A DNA stretch of 64,000 nucleotides from the human T2T-CHM13v2.0 reference genome, Homo sapiens. Below, piece by piece: positions 1 through 17,723 of the stretch; the stretch's first letter is position 1; each line of letters opens with the position of its first letter. Position numbers and translations under genes: made by a program. The notes under the pieces are model-generated. The model did no database searches and was not told where the DNA came from. It worked only from the letters and a program-made list of their open reading frames with translations. Location of the stretch: assembly GCF_009914755.1 (NCBI RefSeq), contig NC_060925.1. One strand, 5' to 3'.

Positions 1-632
1 AGTCACTTGTCCACAAGCTCTCAGCTAAGTAATGGGATCTGGACTCAAAAAGGCCAAAGTGCACACTTTTTCTTCAGGCCTTTCCTATTTCACTGTCCTG
101 TTCTCTCTCCCTATTACTGTCACTCACTCTATTTTCTTTTCTTTTTTTGACATATCATTGCACCACACAATAATCAGCTCCTACCTGGTCTAATGGGAAT
201 CAGCTCACCTGAGCCTTTTGTGATCTCATATCCAGGGCTTAGCAAGAGCCACATTCTGAAAGTAACACTGGTTGATTTCTGTGTACTCAGAAGGCCCATT
301 TACACTTTAACATGAGCCCTCCTTCCTTGCTGCATGGTGCATTACTAAATTCCCTATAGATATTTGGGAAAATTTGATATTCTTCCCTTCTTTATAGGAG
401 AAAAAGTATCTACTATAAAGAAAGAAACTAAAAACAGTCTGCTACTAGTTATGGGAGCAGGAATATGAATACTATAAAATCATATTTTCTATTGCCATTT
501 TAGACTTGCATTTGGGGAGCAGAAAGGTCTGAGTGAATGAATCTGCAGTCTGGTGAAGGTGCAATGCCTAGCAAAGAAGCAAGGCAGGGCTTTGTGTCTG
601 CTCTAAGCCAATCTTTAAGAAACAATGGTATG

Positions 633-1283
633 TATTGGAAGGATGTGGAGAAACAGGAAGACTCTGACATTGTTGACAGTAAGGTAAAATGGTGCAACCA
701 CTTGGGAAAACAATTTGGCAGTTTCTTAAAACGTTAAACATAAAACTTACCCTGGGACCCAGGAATTCCCTAGTAAGTATCTAAGAGAAACGAAAAAATA
801 TGTCCACGTAAAGACTTGTAATTGACTGTTTATGGTAGTATTATTCATAATAGCCAAAAGGTATAAACAGCCCAAATGTCTATCTACTGGTGAATGGATA
901 AACAAAACAAGGGATATTCATCCAATAGAATACAGTAGGTAGTATAATGAAACATACTGATACATGCTACAATGCGATGAATGTCAAAGGCATTCTACTA
1001 AGTGGAAAAAAAGAGACACAAAGACTACCTATTATATGACTCTATATGAAATGCCCAAATAAGGCAGATCTATAGCGACAGAAAGTAGACTAGTGATTGC
1101 CTGGGTCTGGGGATGGGGTGAAGATTGCCTACAATTGGGCACAACAGATCTTTTGGGGATGACGGAAATATTCTAAAACTGCAATGTGTGTTGGTTGCAC
1201 GACTCTGAAATCATTATATTACACAATTAAAATTGGTTAATTTTATGGTGTCAAATTATACTTCAATAAAGTTGTTATTAAAA
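633..1283 (+). mobile_element. Old L1 (L1MB/L1MC/L1MD-type) ORF2 end and 3'UTR fragment
   Basis: Typical L1M 3' motifs (gtaaaatggtgcaaccact..., cccaaatgtctatc..., gatacatgctacaa..., ttttggggatgacggaaatattctaaaact) ending in tcaataaagttgtt plus A tail. Confidence 0.8.
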
Positions 1284-2074
1284 TGGGGAAAGGGTGTGAA
1301 TGGAACCGTCTGAGGGCCATGGGCTCGAGCTGTTTGATTCAGTATAACCAAGGCTTATTAACCCTAAACCACATGTCAGCGACAAGAAGTAGCAAGCTGT
1401 TTTCTTCTTTGATAAATCCCTTGACAGACAATTCAGAGGAACAGTCTCCTTGGAGCAGAGGTTCTGCTGCCAAGCAAATACTCCATGAGGAATGTTAGGA
1501 GGATGGGCCTGCTGGTGTCTGGGCCAGCAGGAGAGAAAGCAAGGCAAGACCAGTGCAAACCGTGCCCAGCAGGGCTAAAGTGGGTATCGTTGCACAGCTG
1601 GGCAAGCTTGAGAGAGGCCTGGCTCAGAAGCACACATCAGGATTCGCTTCTGCAAGGTGTGGGTGAGCTCTGGCAAGCTGGGCCCAGAGGCAAGGAGAGA
1701 AGCAAAGTCCTCCCCTTGTGAGAACAGTGAGGGTGGAAAGCAAACAACAAGAGGAAGAAGGTACGTGTCTCCAAAGGGAGCAAGCTCTTACAGGGAGCTT
1801 GGCAACATTTGCATCAGCCTGGTAAAACATCGAAATAACAACACCTAAAATAGCCCTATAGGAACCTTGTCAGAAAATAAAGGCAAGATTCCTGAAGGAC
1901 TCTGCCTTCATCCCCACGGAGCTGGGAAGCAAACGGGGAAATGCAAACCCCATTTATAGGGTCACATTTGGAGGAGCCGGCTCCGTCGGGGGCAGGAGGG
2001 AGGAAGTGGTGGGGAGGCTCAGGGTGTGTCAGATCCAGCCTCCCCACCTCTGCTGAGCTGGCGGCTGGACTCAA

Positions 2075-2230
2075 GGCCTGCCACGTCTTCCTGCTCTGCA
2101 GTGCACTAGCTGTGTGACCTTCTGCAAACTGGGTAACCACACTGCCTCCCCACCCCATCTCCTCCAAGGTAAAGTGGAGATTTTACCTGCTGCAAAAAGT
2201 TGGGTGAGGACTGATGAGAGAATGAGGGTT
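2075..2230 (+). mobile_element. MIR SINE fragment
   Basis: MIR core-like actagctgtgtgacctt...gtaaagtggag...gtgaggactgatgagagaatg. Confidence 0.6.
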
Positions 2231-3059
2231 GATAAGAGAAGGTAAGGCATTAAAGGTAAAGGAAATTGCGTTTTGTTATATATATAAACAGCTTCTCACT
2301 GCTTTCGCTGGATTCATCATTCTGGGACTTTCTGTCTTCTACATACTTTTAAAGGTGAAGGAAGAGAAGGGAAAATGTGAAAGACAATATTCCAGTCTCC
2401 ACTGAATGTGTGGGCACTTCAGTCTCGTGGCAAGTTCAGGCCAAGGGGACAGCTGCTGAAATGTGGGGGTCCAGGGGCTGCAGAGGGGTTCTGCTGCCTA
2501 GCATTTAAAAGAAGAGGGAAGTAAATATTTCTGAGGTGAGTCAGTAAAAGTAAAGAAATGCTTACTTCTTGTAAATGAGAAGGTGGCAGATGAACACATG
2601 AGGGAATGGGCATATATTCATCCCACTTGTAAAACATACTTCAAAGGAGGTAGTTCCAACATCAATTTCTTTATCGTGGTACTTTATAAGATTTCCTTGT
2701 TTGCTTGGTTTTAATTAACAGCAACCATACAGCATTGAAAGCGAAGCCTTATCCATCATCCACGTCAAAGGGGCTGGAAAGGTCCGAATCCACCTGAATG
2801 ACAACTAAAGTTTCGAGAATGGGAATGCAAAAGGGGATTCAAAGGTAACAAAATCCTTGTCCTTCCATTTTCTTCTTCCGCACAAACAAAAGCAGTTTAA
2901 TGGCATTGATGGAACTGCGTCCCTCTCATCTTCCCCTTGCCTGCTGTTGTACTCAAAGGTTCCAGAATACATGAGCGCAGCCCTACCTTATTTTGATGAA
3001 CAGCTACAGCCACAGCAGAAATCAACAGGGTTTGGAGAATAAATCTGATAAATCGTGTC

Positions 3060-3330
3060 CTTCAAAAAGAGGAATTTATGTAATGCTTTCAGTTTTATCT
3101 TGTATGACCTACCCATCATGAAACTGGGAAACTGTAATTTATTTATCCAGTGAAGACAAAATTGATTAACAGGTCAGTGTAAATGTCAGCCTGGGGGAAT
3201 TAACAAATGTAGTTCCACCGGGTCAGTTCTTGCCCAGTACTATTTAACATTTCCATTAATTACTTGCCGACAGAATTGGTGATAGAATAGGAGGTGTATT
3301 ATTAAATCTGCCAATTTTTAAAAAGTTTAA
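3060..3330 (+). mobile_element. L3/CR1 LINE reverse-transcriptase remnant
   Basis: Degenerate match to the CR1 RT GVPQGSVLGPxLFNIFINDL-coding region (gtagttccaccgggtcagttcttgcccagtactatttaacatttccattaattacttg). Confidence 0.6.
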
Positions 3331-3384
3331 ATATGAATAGGTCTTGGCCAATTGAAAGACAGGGAGGGACTATTTGGTATCCTC

Positions 3385-3435
3385 AAGGCTCTGCCTGGTA
3401 CAGAGTAGGTGCCTAATAAATGTTAGTTGAATGAA
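3385..3435 (+). mobile_element. L2 3' terminus
   Basis: tgcctggtacagagtaggtgcctaataaatgttagttgaatgaa resembles the L2 3' end. Confidence 0.65.
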
Positions 3436-3480
3436 ACAAATGCCAACAATACAAAGTCTAGTGTGAGGGAGTCCCTAGAG

Positions 3481-3775
3481 CAGCGGTCCCCAATCTTTTT
3501 GGCACCAGGGACAACTTTTCCATAGACCGGTAGCAGGGGAACGGTTTCAGGATGAAACTGTTCCACCACAGATGATCAGGCTTTAGTTTGATTCTCAAAA
3601 GGAGTGTGCAACCTAGATCCCTTGCATGCGCAGTTCACAATAGGGTTCACACCCCTACGAGAATCTAATGCCCTGCTCATCTGACAGGAGGCGGAGCTCA
3701 GGAGGTAATGCTCGCCCACCTCACAGGCTGTGCAGCCCAGTTCCTAACAGGCCACAGACCAATAGCAGACCCCTG
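3481..3775 (-). mobile_element. MER1B-type hAT-Charlie MITE with 8-bp TSD
   Basis: Termini cagcggtcccc...gacccctg, internal MER1 motifs, perfect TSD CCCTAGAG at 3473-3480 and 3776-3783. Confidence 0.9.
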
Positions 3776-4539
3776 CCCTAGAGGAAGAAAAGGAGAATCA
3801 TTAACAACAGTTTTTATTAATATCTACTATAAATTTAAAGCCCTATCAAAAATTACTTACAGCAATGAAACCATGACCGATCCAAATCAAGAAGATCTAG
3901 ACATCAGTAATGCACAAAAATCAAATTTAACAAGCGCAAACATAAAGTAAGGAACATACTCATAGTTCAAAACATGATCACACTTTTTGTTATCCTTTTC
4001 CTTATGTGCAGGCAGACACACACATACACATACACATGCATAAATATATATTATTTCTGGAATATAAATGAGAAGAAAAGGTATGGAGGAACAACCACCA
4101 AAGATTAACTGTCTGTCTTAGCAGAAAATAGCAACAGCTAATAAAGGTGCAGCTGGGTGGAGAAAAAAGAAAAACAGTCATACCTAAGCCAAACCCCTGA
4201 AGCCACAAGTCACGCACTCCTAAGTGGCCGACTCACCAGCAAGCAGGATGGGATGGGATGTCAGAGCTCAAAAGCCATCAGGATACCAGATCCACCTCTT
4301 TCTCAGCTGAGGGGCTCCTGGAGTTTTGTTTGGTTTGTTTTTAATTAAAAAGACAGAACAAAAAGAAAAAAAAATGTCCTGATGATAAGTAACCTACTGG
4401 AAGGCTCCGTCTGCTACCCACCGTCCATAGGCAACAGCAGGATGTAACAAACATACAGCCTCTCATGTACAAAAGGGAGAATTCAAGTGATGCTCAGATA
4501 AAGAAGTAGAACAATGAAGAAAAAAAATCCATACTCATA

Positions 4540-4838
4540 TTTTTTTTGAGAGAGAGAGAGACAGCATTTCGCTCTGTTGCCTAGGCTGGAGTGCAATGGC
4601 ACAATCTTGGCTCACTGTAGCCTTGAACTCCTGGACTCTAAGCGATCCTCCCTCCTCAGCCTCCTGAGTAACTGGGGCAATGAAATTATGCACTTAGCTA
4701 ATTTTAAAACAAGTTTGTTTTGTAGATACAGGGTCTTGCTATATTGCCCAGGCTGGTCTTGAATTCCTGGCCTTAAGTGATTCTCCCACTCAGTCTCCCA
4801 AAGTGCTGGGATTATGGACATGAGCCACTGCACTGGGC
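4540..4838 (-). mobile_element. Alu (old, AluJ-type)
   Basis: Reverse-complement dimeric Alu with T tail at ~4540; heavily diverged. Confidence 0.9.
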
Positions 4839-5359
4839 CCATACTATGTATTTTTTGGCCAAATAATAAACCTGGATAGAACTTTTCTTGAGAAAAAAAT
4901 GAGCAAGCAGACAATACAGAAGGGCTATTCAATAACAACATTTTGTTATCTGGAGAATATGACCTGAATGGGGGAAAAAAGAGATTGAAACTGTCATATC
5001 AAAGTTGACATGATAGCCCTAAGGGAGAAGTGAGGAAAAAAGCAACCAACTCAGAACTCAAAGGTGCACAACAAATATCCAGACGTGGAATGCACATTTC
5101 AGAAAGCAAAGTCTGAAGGAGCACTGACTTGAGAGAAGGGAAAAGCAATCACCCAGAAGCCAGAGAGAAGGGATCGAACGTTTAAAACACAACCCCCATG
5201 GAGGACACATGGCAGAGAAGTTTAGTTTATTGTAAGAAAGCACACTGACCACTACTAGAAAGATCTGATTTTGCTAATGGACAGATAACAGGGGGAAGGG
5301 CTACTGCTGGCCACAGGATGGAGAGTTTAGAGGTAACTCTGAGACATCATTTCATTATA

Positions 5360-5870
5360 TATCCCACAGACCACTTTCACATGCCAGGCACCCAGCTGGG
5401 CCCACAGAACAAAACAAATGAGGCTCCTGCCCTCTAGGGGCATATAATCTTATAAAGTAGCAGAAAATAAACAAATAAATACAATGATTATAAATTTTCA
5501 CAGGTGCTATGTAAGAAATAAACAAGGCACTAAGTCAGAGGACTAAAAAAAAAAAAGGACCTGCTTTAGACAGAATGGCAGCGAAGGCCCTTCCCAGGGG
5601 ATGACTGATTGATTGACTGGTTGGTTGATTGATTGATTTTTCCAAGGAGACAACTTTCAAGTTGAGATATGAAGGGTGGGAAGGAGCTAGCCATGGGAAG
5701 AATGGAAAACTAGTTCCAGGTTACGGGCACGTGAACTATGCTAAGCATGGTGAGTTTGAGAAGAGGATGGATTGTAGTGAGCAAGATGACAGTACCACAA
5801 AATGAGGCCTAAGAAGGAGGCAGGAGCCAGGACATGTAGAATTTTCCAGGCCATAGTACAGAACATGAAG
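5360..5870 (-). mobile_element. L2 fragment containing a (TGAT/TGGT)n simple repeat at ~5601-5640
   Basis: atgccaggcac...cctgccctctagggg...aaacaaataaat...ggtgctatg matches the L2 3' region in antisense. Confidence 0.6.
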
Positions 5871-5875
5871 AGTCT

Positions 5876-6215
5876 ACTCTTAGTTCAGGCTGCTATAACA
5901 AATTGCCAGAGACTGGGTGGCTTATAAACAATAGAAATTATTTCTCAGAGTTGTGGAGGCTGGAAGTCCAAGATCAAGGTGCTGGCAGATCCAGCATCTG
6001 GTGAGGGCATACCTCCTGGTTTGCAGATGGCCACCTTCTTGCTGTGTCTTCACATGCCAGAGAGAGAGGAAGCAAACTCTCTTCTTATAGGTGTCTCTTC
6101 TTATAAGGGCACTAACCCCATCATGAGGGCGGATTAATTAATTCCCAAAGGTCTTACTTCCTAATACCATCCCATTGAGTTTAGGGTTTCAACATACGAA
6201 TTTGCAGGGACACGA
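5876..6215 (-). mobile_element. MaLR solo LTR (MLT1A-type)
   Basis: tcttagttcaggctgctataacaaa...ggaggctggaagtccaagatcaaggtg...tttcaacatacgaattt. Confidence 0.85.
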
Positions 6216-6614
6216 AGATGAGTTCTGCTAAATATTTCTTGTAAGTCCATGAAAAGCTGAGTTCCTCCTGTTTGTCAGATCTGGGGGCGAGGAACAGCAA
6301 TAGCTAGAAGGAGGAAATGCCCAGTACTATCCCAGTTAGCTACAAAGGAGAGTGGCTCAAAGGAGGCCCTTGTCAGATGCTTGTCCATGTCTAGTTGGCT
6401 ATGGAGTAGATTTGACTCCTAATACTGAAATTTCTAAAAGTTTTGCCTGGAAAACTTTCAGTGCAAGGCTAAACATTAAGTCTCTTCTGTGAATATGAAA
6501 GTCAGTTTTAAAAAAAAAGATCCACCCATGTTAAACCTGTCACAGATTTAGTCAATCTATTTCAAAGTTAAGATCTTTATAGACTAGGAGGCAGCCATCT
6601 GGAAAGTTTGTGGA

Positions 6615-6750
6615 GCCAAGATCTAGATCCCTTATCCAATTACATGATGTGGCTCAAGTCATGCTATCTGTACCTTAGTTTCCTCATCTTTAAAATCAAG
6701 GGAAGAGAATGTCCTGCTCTCTAAGGCCCTTTCAGAATCTAATATGTAGA
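6615..6750 (+). mobile_element. MIR fragment
   Basis: aagtcatgctatctgtaccttagtttcctcatctttaaaat MIR core. Confidence 0.6.
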
Positions 6751-7003
6751 AAATGTCTAAAAGATGAGAGCCTGCTTATATAACTATCTAGCTGAATGTT
6801 CAGAAGTGGAAGGAAATTTTGGTGCCAAACTAAAATAAACTGCTCAGGTTTTTCTTGCACAAGATGTAAAATATTATTTTACCAAAACATTATCATATTC
6901 ATTTTCATAATTACAAGGCTTCCATGCATAACACTGAAGTTCTATAAGTATTTGTTGAACAAGTGGTACAGCTTTACTGACATTACACTTTTGTGTTGAA
7001 TAG

Positions 7004-7307
<304 letters not shown>

Positions 7308-7611
7308 GAATAGGACATTTTTAACACAAATGTATTTATTAATTGCTGCCCATTTCATAAACTATTAAGATACTGTCCTTCCAGCAGAGTATTAAATGAA
7401 TACTATTTATCAAATATATTTAAACACGATTTTTAAAAATATGAGTTAGTATTGGAGACAGAAGTTTGTATTCTTTAATTAAGAGGATCTCTAAGGGTAA
7501 TCAATTATTCTAGATACTGCTTTGTATTGCTCATATCCCTGATCGACAAATATCTGTATACTGTACTATACTGAATTGTGTCTAAAGGATTCTGAGTATC
7601 TGAGATAATAC

Positions 7612-7740
7612 ACATTCATTTATACATTCTGCTAAATATTTATTTAGTGCCTACAATGTGCCAGACATCATTGTAGGTACCAGGAATGAGCAATGAATGA
7701 AACAATGTTTCTGCCCTCTTGAAGCTTACAAGATAGTGAT
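7612..7740 (-). mobile_element. L2 3' end
   Basis: cattcattt...aaatatttatttagtgcctacaatgtgccag...ctgccctcttgaagcttaca. Confidence 0.7.
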
Positions 7741-7856
7741 AAATCTATAAACATAGAAGAATTAATATCGCTAAAATGACCTTACTACCCAAAGTAATCC
7801 ACAAATTCAATTCCTACCACAAGTCCCATGACATTTTTCATAGAAATAGAAAAATC

Positions 7857-7967
7857 CCAGCAAACCACCATGGCATATGTATACCTGTGTAACAAACCTG
7901 CACATTCTGCACATGTATCTAAGAACTTCAAGTAAAATTTTAAAAAATAAAAATAAATAAATAAAAA
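7857..7967 (+). mobile_element. Severely 5'-truncated L1PA 3' end (~110 bp) with 15-bp TSD
   Basis: cagcaaaccaccatggcatatgtatacctgtgtaacaaacctgcac...A tail; TSD AGAAATAGAAAAATC at 7842-7856 and 7968-7982. Confidence 0.88.
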
Positions 7968-8277
7968 AGAAATAGAAAAATCAATCTTAAAATTCATATG
8001 GAATCACAAAAGACTCCAAATGGACAAAGGAATCTTGAGCAAACAGAACAAAGCTGGAAGCATCACATTATCTGATCTCAAAATCTGCTACAAAGCTAGA
8101 GTAATCAAAACAGCCTGGTACTAGCACAAAAACAGACATAGAGACCAATGGAACAGAATGGAGAGCCTAGAAATAAATGCATGCATTTACAGTCAGCTGA
8201 TCTTTGACAAAAACGCCAAGAACCCACATTGGGGAAGTGGTGTTGGGAAAATTAGATAGACAATTGAAATTAGACCC

Positions 8278-8621
8278 TGTATTAGTCCATTTTCACACTG
8301 CTATAAAGATATAAAGATTGGGTAATTTATAAAAGAAAGAGGCTTAATTGACTCAGTTCTGCATGGCTGGGGAAGTCTCAGGAAACTTACAATTATGGCG
8401 GAAGGGGAAGCAGGCACCTTCTTCACTAAGCAGCAGGAGAAGTGCACAAGGGGAAAGAGCCTCACACTTATCAAACAACCAGATCTCATGAGAATTCACT
8501 CACTATCATGAGAACAGTATGGGGGAACCACCCCCATGATCCAATCACCTCCCTCACTCAACACATAGGAATTATAGGTCGAGATGAGATTTGGGTGGGG
8601 ACACGGAGCCAAACCATATCA
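8278..8621 (-). mobile_element. THE1/MST-class MaLR solo LTR
   Basis: Termini tgtattagtccatttt...aaaccatatca; 5-bp TSD GACCC at 8273-8277 and 8622-8626. Confidence 0.9.
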
Positions 8622-10294
8622 GACCCTTATCTCATCCCATATATAAAAATCAAGTCAAAATGGATTAAAGACTTAAACATAATAAACTATAAAACTACCA
8701 GAAAAAGACAAAGGAGAAAAGCTTCTTGACACTGGATTTGGTAAAGATTTCTTGGATATGACCCCAAAAGCACAGGCAACAAAAGCAAAAATAGACATGT
8801 GAGATTGCATCACACTATAAAGCTTATGCACAGCAAAGGAAATAATCAGCAGAATGAAAAAATAACCTGAACAGGAGAAAATATTTGCAAACCAATCATC
8901 TGATATGGGTTAATACCCAAAATATATAAGAAACTCAAACCACTCAATATTAAGAAAATAAATAACATGGGCAAAGGATCTGAAAAGGCATTTCTCAAAA
9001 GAAGACATACATATGGCCACAGGTTTGTGAAAAATACTCATCACTAATCATCATGGAAATGTAAATTAAAATCGCAATTAGATATTACTTCACAACAGTT
9101 AGGATAGCTGTTATCAAAAAGATGAGAAATAACAAGTGTTAGTGAGGATGTGGTGAAAAGGGAGTCTTTCTACACTACTGATGGGAATGTAAGATAGTAC
9201 AGCCATTATGAAAACCAGTAGGGAAGTTCCTCAAAAAATTACAACTAGAACTACCATATGGTCCAACAACTCCACTTGCAGGTATATATTCAAGGGAAAT
9301 AAAATCAGTATGTTGAAGAGATATATGCAACTCCCATGTTCACTGCAGCATTATTTATAATAGCCAAGATATGGAATCAACCAAAGTGTCCATCAACAAA
9401 TGAATGGATTAAAAGATGTAATATATATTGGATGAATGGAATATTATTTGGCTTTTAAAAATAAGGAAATCCTATCATTTGTGAAAACACAGATGAACCT
9501 AAAGAATATTATGTTAAGCTAAATAAGCCAGGCACAGAAGGGCAAATACTGCATGATCTCACTTGTATGTGGAATCTAAAAGTCAAACTCATAGAAGCAG
9601 AGAATAAAAATGGTGGTCCCTAGAGGATAGTGGGGGATGGGTTGGAGAGATGCTGGTGAAAAGACATAAAATTTCAGTTAGATGGGAAGAATGAGTTCAA
9701 GATATCTACTGTACAATATGGTGGTTATAGTTAATAACAACGTATTATACACTTAAGCATTGCTAAGAGAGTAGATGTTAAATGCTCTCACCACAAAACA
9801 AATGATAATTATATGTGTTAATGGGTATGTTAATTAGCTTGATTTAGTTATTGCACAGTATGTGTACATATATATATACATCACAAAATATCATACTGTA
9901 CATCATAAATATGTACAATTTGTATTTGTCAATTTAAAAAATTAAAATCTACAAAAAATAAACAAGGAATCATAGAGCAATCTATATGGTAAAAAATGTT
10001 ATGAACAAAATAATGTGGGATAGGAAGACTGCACTACACAAGAATAATATTTTATAGCAAGTGGTCATGGAAGGCTTCATTGATAAGGAGATATTTGAAC
10101 AGAGTTCTGAAGAGAGTTAAGAAGTTAATCAGGAGGATAACTAAGGAAAGGGAAAAAGGCAGCCCTAGCTGCCATTTCTGTCCAAATTTACCTTATCTGT
10201 GTAGGCAAAACAACAACAAAAAAAGCCATAGTTTATTTTAAAATTGTATTAGACCAGAAGTGACCTGAAGTACTCAGCAAAAGAAAAAAAAATC

Positions 10295-14740
<4,446 letters not shown>

Positions 14741-14799
14741 AAAGAAAAAAAATCCTCTCTGGAGAGAAGCATGTTATCTTAGGCCTCAAATAATTCCCA

Positions 14800-16350
14800 C
14801 AAATTATTTTTTAAGGACAGTGATAGACTTAGCAAAAAAAAAAAAAAATACCCGAGCAGCCTAGGAAACAATGTATTATAAGCAGAAGCAACATCAGCAG
14901 AAACAGATAAGCCAATGCTAGCAATATTGGAATTATGAAATTGATGCGATTTGGCGCTATGTCCCCACCCAAATCTCATGTTGAATTGTAATTCCCAATG
15001 TTGGGAAAGGGACCTGATGGTAGGTAATTGGATCATGGGAACAGGTTTCCCCCATGCTGTTCTCATGATAGTGAATGAGTTCTTGCGAGATGTGATGGTT
15101 TAAAATTGTGTGGCATTTCCCCCATCACTCTCTCTATCTCTCTTGCTGCCATGTGAAGAAGGTGCTTGCTTCTCTTTCACCTTCCACCATGACTGTAAGT
15201 TTCCTGAGGCCTCCCAGCCATGCTTCCTGTTAAGCCTGCTGAACTGTGAGTCACTTAAACCTCTTTTCTTCATAAATTACCCAGTCTCAAGTAGTTATTT
15301 ATAGCAGTGTGAAAACAGACTAACACAGAAATGCAAACTATAAAACAACTATGCTTATCATGTTACTATGTTCAAATATATAAAGTATAAGCCTATCTGC
15401 ACAGAACAAGGATCTGAAAATGACATCAAAGATTTGAAAAATAACCCGAGAGGCTCCAGAAACTAAAAGAAAAAAAAGGATCAATGACTGGGTTTAACAA
15501 GAGATTACACATTATTAGAGAGAGAATTAGAAATTACCTAAAATATTTCAAAGACAGACAGTAACAAAAAATATAAAAGAAAGTCTAAGATACAGAGAGG
15601 AAAAAGTCCAACATACGTTTTATTCAGAGTATAAGAAGGGTGAGAGAATGGGCAGAAGAAATATTTTAAAAGATAATCACCGAGAATTTTCCAGAACAAA
15701 TGAAAGATGTTGATCACGAGTACCCAGTGAAAGGCCCAGTGAAACCCAATCGCACTAAGTGGAAGAAACCCACTCCTAGACACATCACAGTGAAACTTCA
15801 CAGAATTATGACAAAAGTAACAGAAGTGAGGGGGAAAAGAAAACCAGAGAAAATTAAGATTACCTTCAAAGAGTGTAGTTGTCTTCCCAGCAGAAACAGT
15901 GGAGGCTATAGACAATAAAATGATATCTTCAATGAATTCAAAGAAAACAATTGCCAATCTAGAATTGTATTATCAGTGAAAGCATCTTTCAAAAATGAGA
16001 GCAAATAAAGCCATTTTCAGACAAAAACTGAATTTGCTACCAGCAGACACTCTCTAAAAGAAATTCTGAAGAATTTTCTTCATGAAGAAGAAGAAAGGTG
16101 ATCCCAGATGAAAGATCTGAGATACAATAAGAAAAGCAGAAAAAGTAACAAAGATGTGGATAAATCTAAATTAACACTATTTGCATAAAACATCAAAAAT
16201 GCCTTGTCAGTTAAAAAAATGATAGGAATAAAATGCATGACAACAATAATTTATGATCAGGAGGGAGGTAAGTGGAGTTAATGTGTCCTGGGATCATTGT
16301 ATCATTCAGGAGGAAAATAAAGGTATTTTGAAGTAATTTTAGACTTTGAT
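14800..16350 (+). mobile_element. Ancient L1M ORF1-region remnant
   Basis: Degenerate ORF1 motifs (KPTPRHITVKL; tctagaattgtattatcagtgaaa...ccattttcagacaaa). Confidence 0.75.
14942..15327 (+). mobile_element. MST/THE1-class MaLR solo LTR (MSTA-like)
   Basis: tgatgcgatttggc...ccccacccaaatctcatgttgaattg...gactaacaca; 5-bp TSD GAAAT at 14937-14941 and 15328-15332. Confidence 0.9.
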
Positions 16351-16678
16351 GAGTGAGATATGCCTATTGTCTCTTTTTGGGTTCATCTCTTTTTCCTTCA
16401 GCTCCATCACAGCATCAGTCCAAATCAGCTTGTAACATTAACCTCCAGCAGAGGCCAAACCACACTTGCCTCTAGGCAGTGAGATGTTTTGCCTTGGTTC
16501 ACGTATCCTCACCTCCTCCTCTGCCTCAACAAATCACCCCAAATTTACTGGTTTAAAATAGCCATTTTATTAAGCTCCTGGAATCTGAGGGTCAGAAATT
16601 TTGGCAGAGAACAGCAGAAATAGTTTCTCTCTGTGCCACTATGTCTGTGGTCTCAGCTTGGAAGATTCAAAGAGCTGG

Positions 16679-16970
16679 GGTCCAGAGGCAGTGGCTCACA
16701 CCTGTAATCCCAGCAATCAGGAGGCTGAGGTGAGAGGATCAATTGAGGCCAGGAGTTCAAGACCAGCCTGGCCAACATATCAAGACGTTATTTCTATTAA
16801 AAAAAAAATAGCTGAGCGTGGTGGTGTATGCTGTAGTCCTAGCTACTGGAAAGGCTATAAGGTTAGAGGACTGCTTGAGCACAAGAGTTTGAGCTTGCAG
16901 TGAGCTATGATCATGTCACTGCACTCCAGCCTGGGTGACAGAGCAAGAACCTATCTCAAAAAAAAAAAAA
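16679..16970 (+). mobile_element. Alu (AluJ-type)
   Basis: Dimeric Alu with A tail followed by (GA)n; TSD-like agagctgg on both sides. Confidence 0.9.
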
Positions 16971-17238
16971 GAGAGAGAGAGACAGAGCTGGCAGTAACTC
17001 TAATGGCTAAGGGCTGGACTCATAGAGTCCCATAGAGATAACTGATATATCTGACACCTGGGCTGGGGTGGCTCAAAGGTGGGGCTCCTTTGAGCAGCTG
17101 ACCAGAGCACCCATGCACAGTTTGGGTATCTCATAGTATGGTAGCTGGATTCCAAGAGGTAGCATCCTGAGAGGAAGGATGGGAGGATCCAGGGAATGAA
17201 CATTCCAGGAGAACCAGGCTTTTCCTGACTTAGCCCTG

Positions 17239-17723
17239 TGTATTAATTTCCCATTCTTGCTATAATGAATTATCACAAACTTAGTGCCTTAAAACAATAC
17301 AAATTTACTATCGTACAGTTTGGGAGGTCAGAAGTCTCACATGGATTTCACTGGAATAAAATCAAAGTGTGAGCAGAGCTGCATTCCTTCTGAAGACTCA
17401 GGGGAAAATTTGTTCCCTTGTCTTTTCCAGCCACCTGCATTCCTCGGCCCATGGCCCCTTCTACCATCTTTGAAGGCAGCAGCATAGCACATCTTCGAAT
17501 CTCTCTCTGGCCCTGAAACTCTTGTCTGTGTCTTATGAGGACCCTTGTGACTACATTGAGCCCACCCAGATAATCCAGGATAATCTTCCAGCCTCAAGAT
17601 CCTTAACTCAATCACATCTGCCAAGTCCCTTTTGCCATATAAGGTAACACACATTCACAGGTTCTGCAGATTAGGATGTGAACATCTATGGCAGGGGGAG
17701 GGAACATTATTCTATCAACTACA
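17239..17723 (-). mobile_element. MLT1D solo LTR
   Basis: Reverse complement of the MLT1D 5' part (gataatccaggataatct...caagatccttaact...aagtcccttttgccat...aaggtaaca); TSD ccctg/ccttg. Confidence 0.85.

Larger units (their letters stand above)
7760..9960 (+). mobile_element. L1MA-type 3' ORF2 and 3'UTR fragment, interrupted by two later insertions
   Basis: Degenerate ORF2 C-terminal motifs (aaattcatatggaat, aacaaagctggaagcatcaca, tggattaaagacttaaa) and L1MA 3'UTR (gatctactgtacaatatggtg...ttgctaagagagtagat). Confidence 0.88.
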
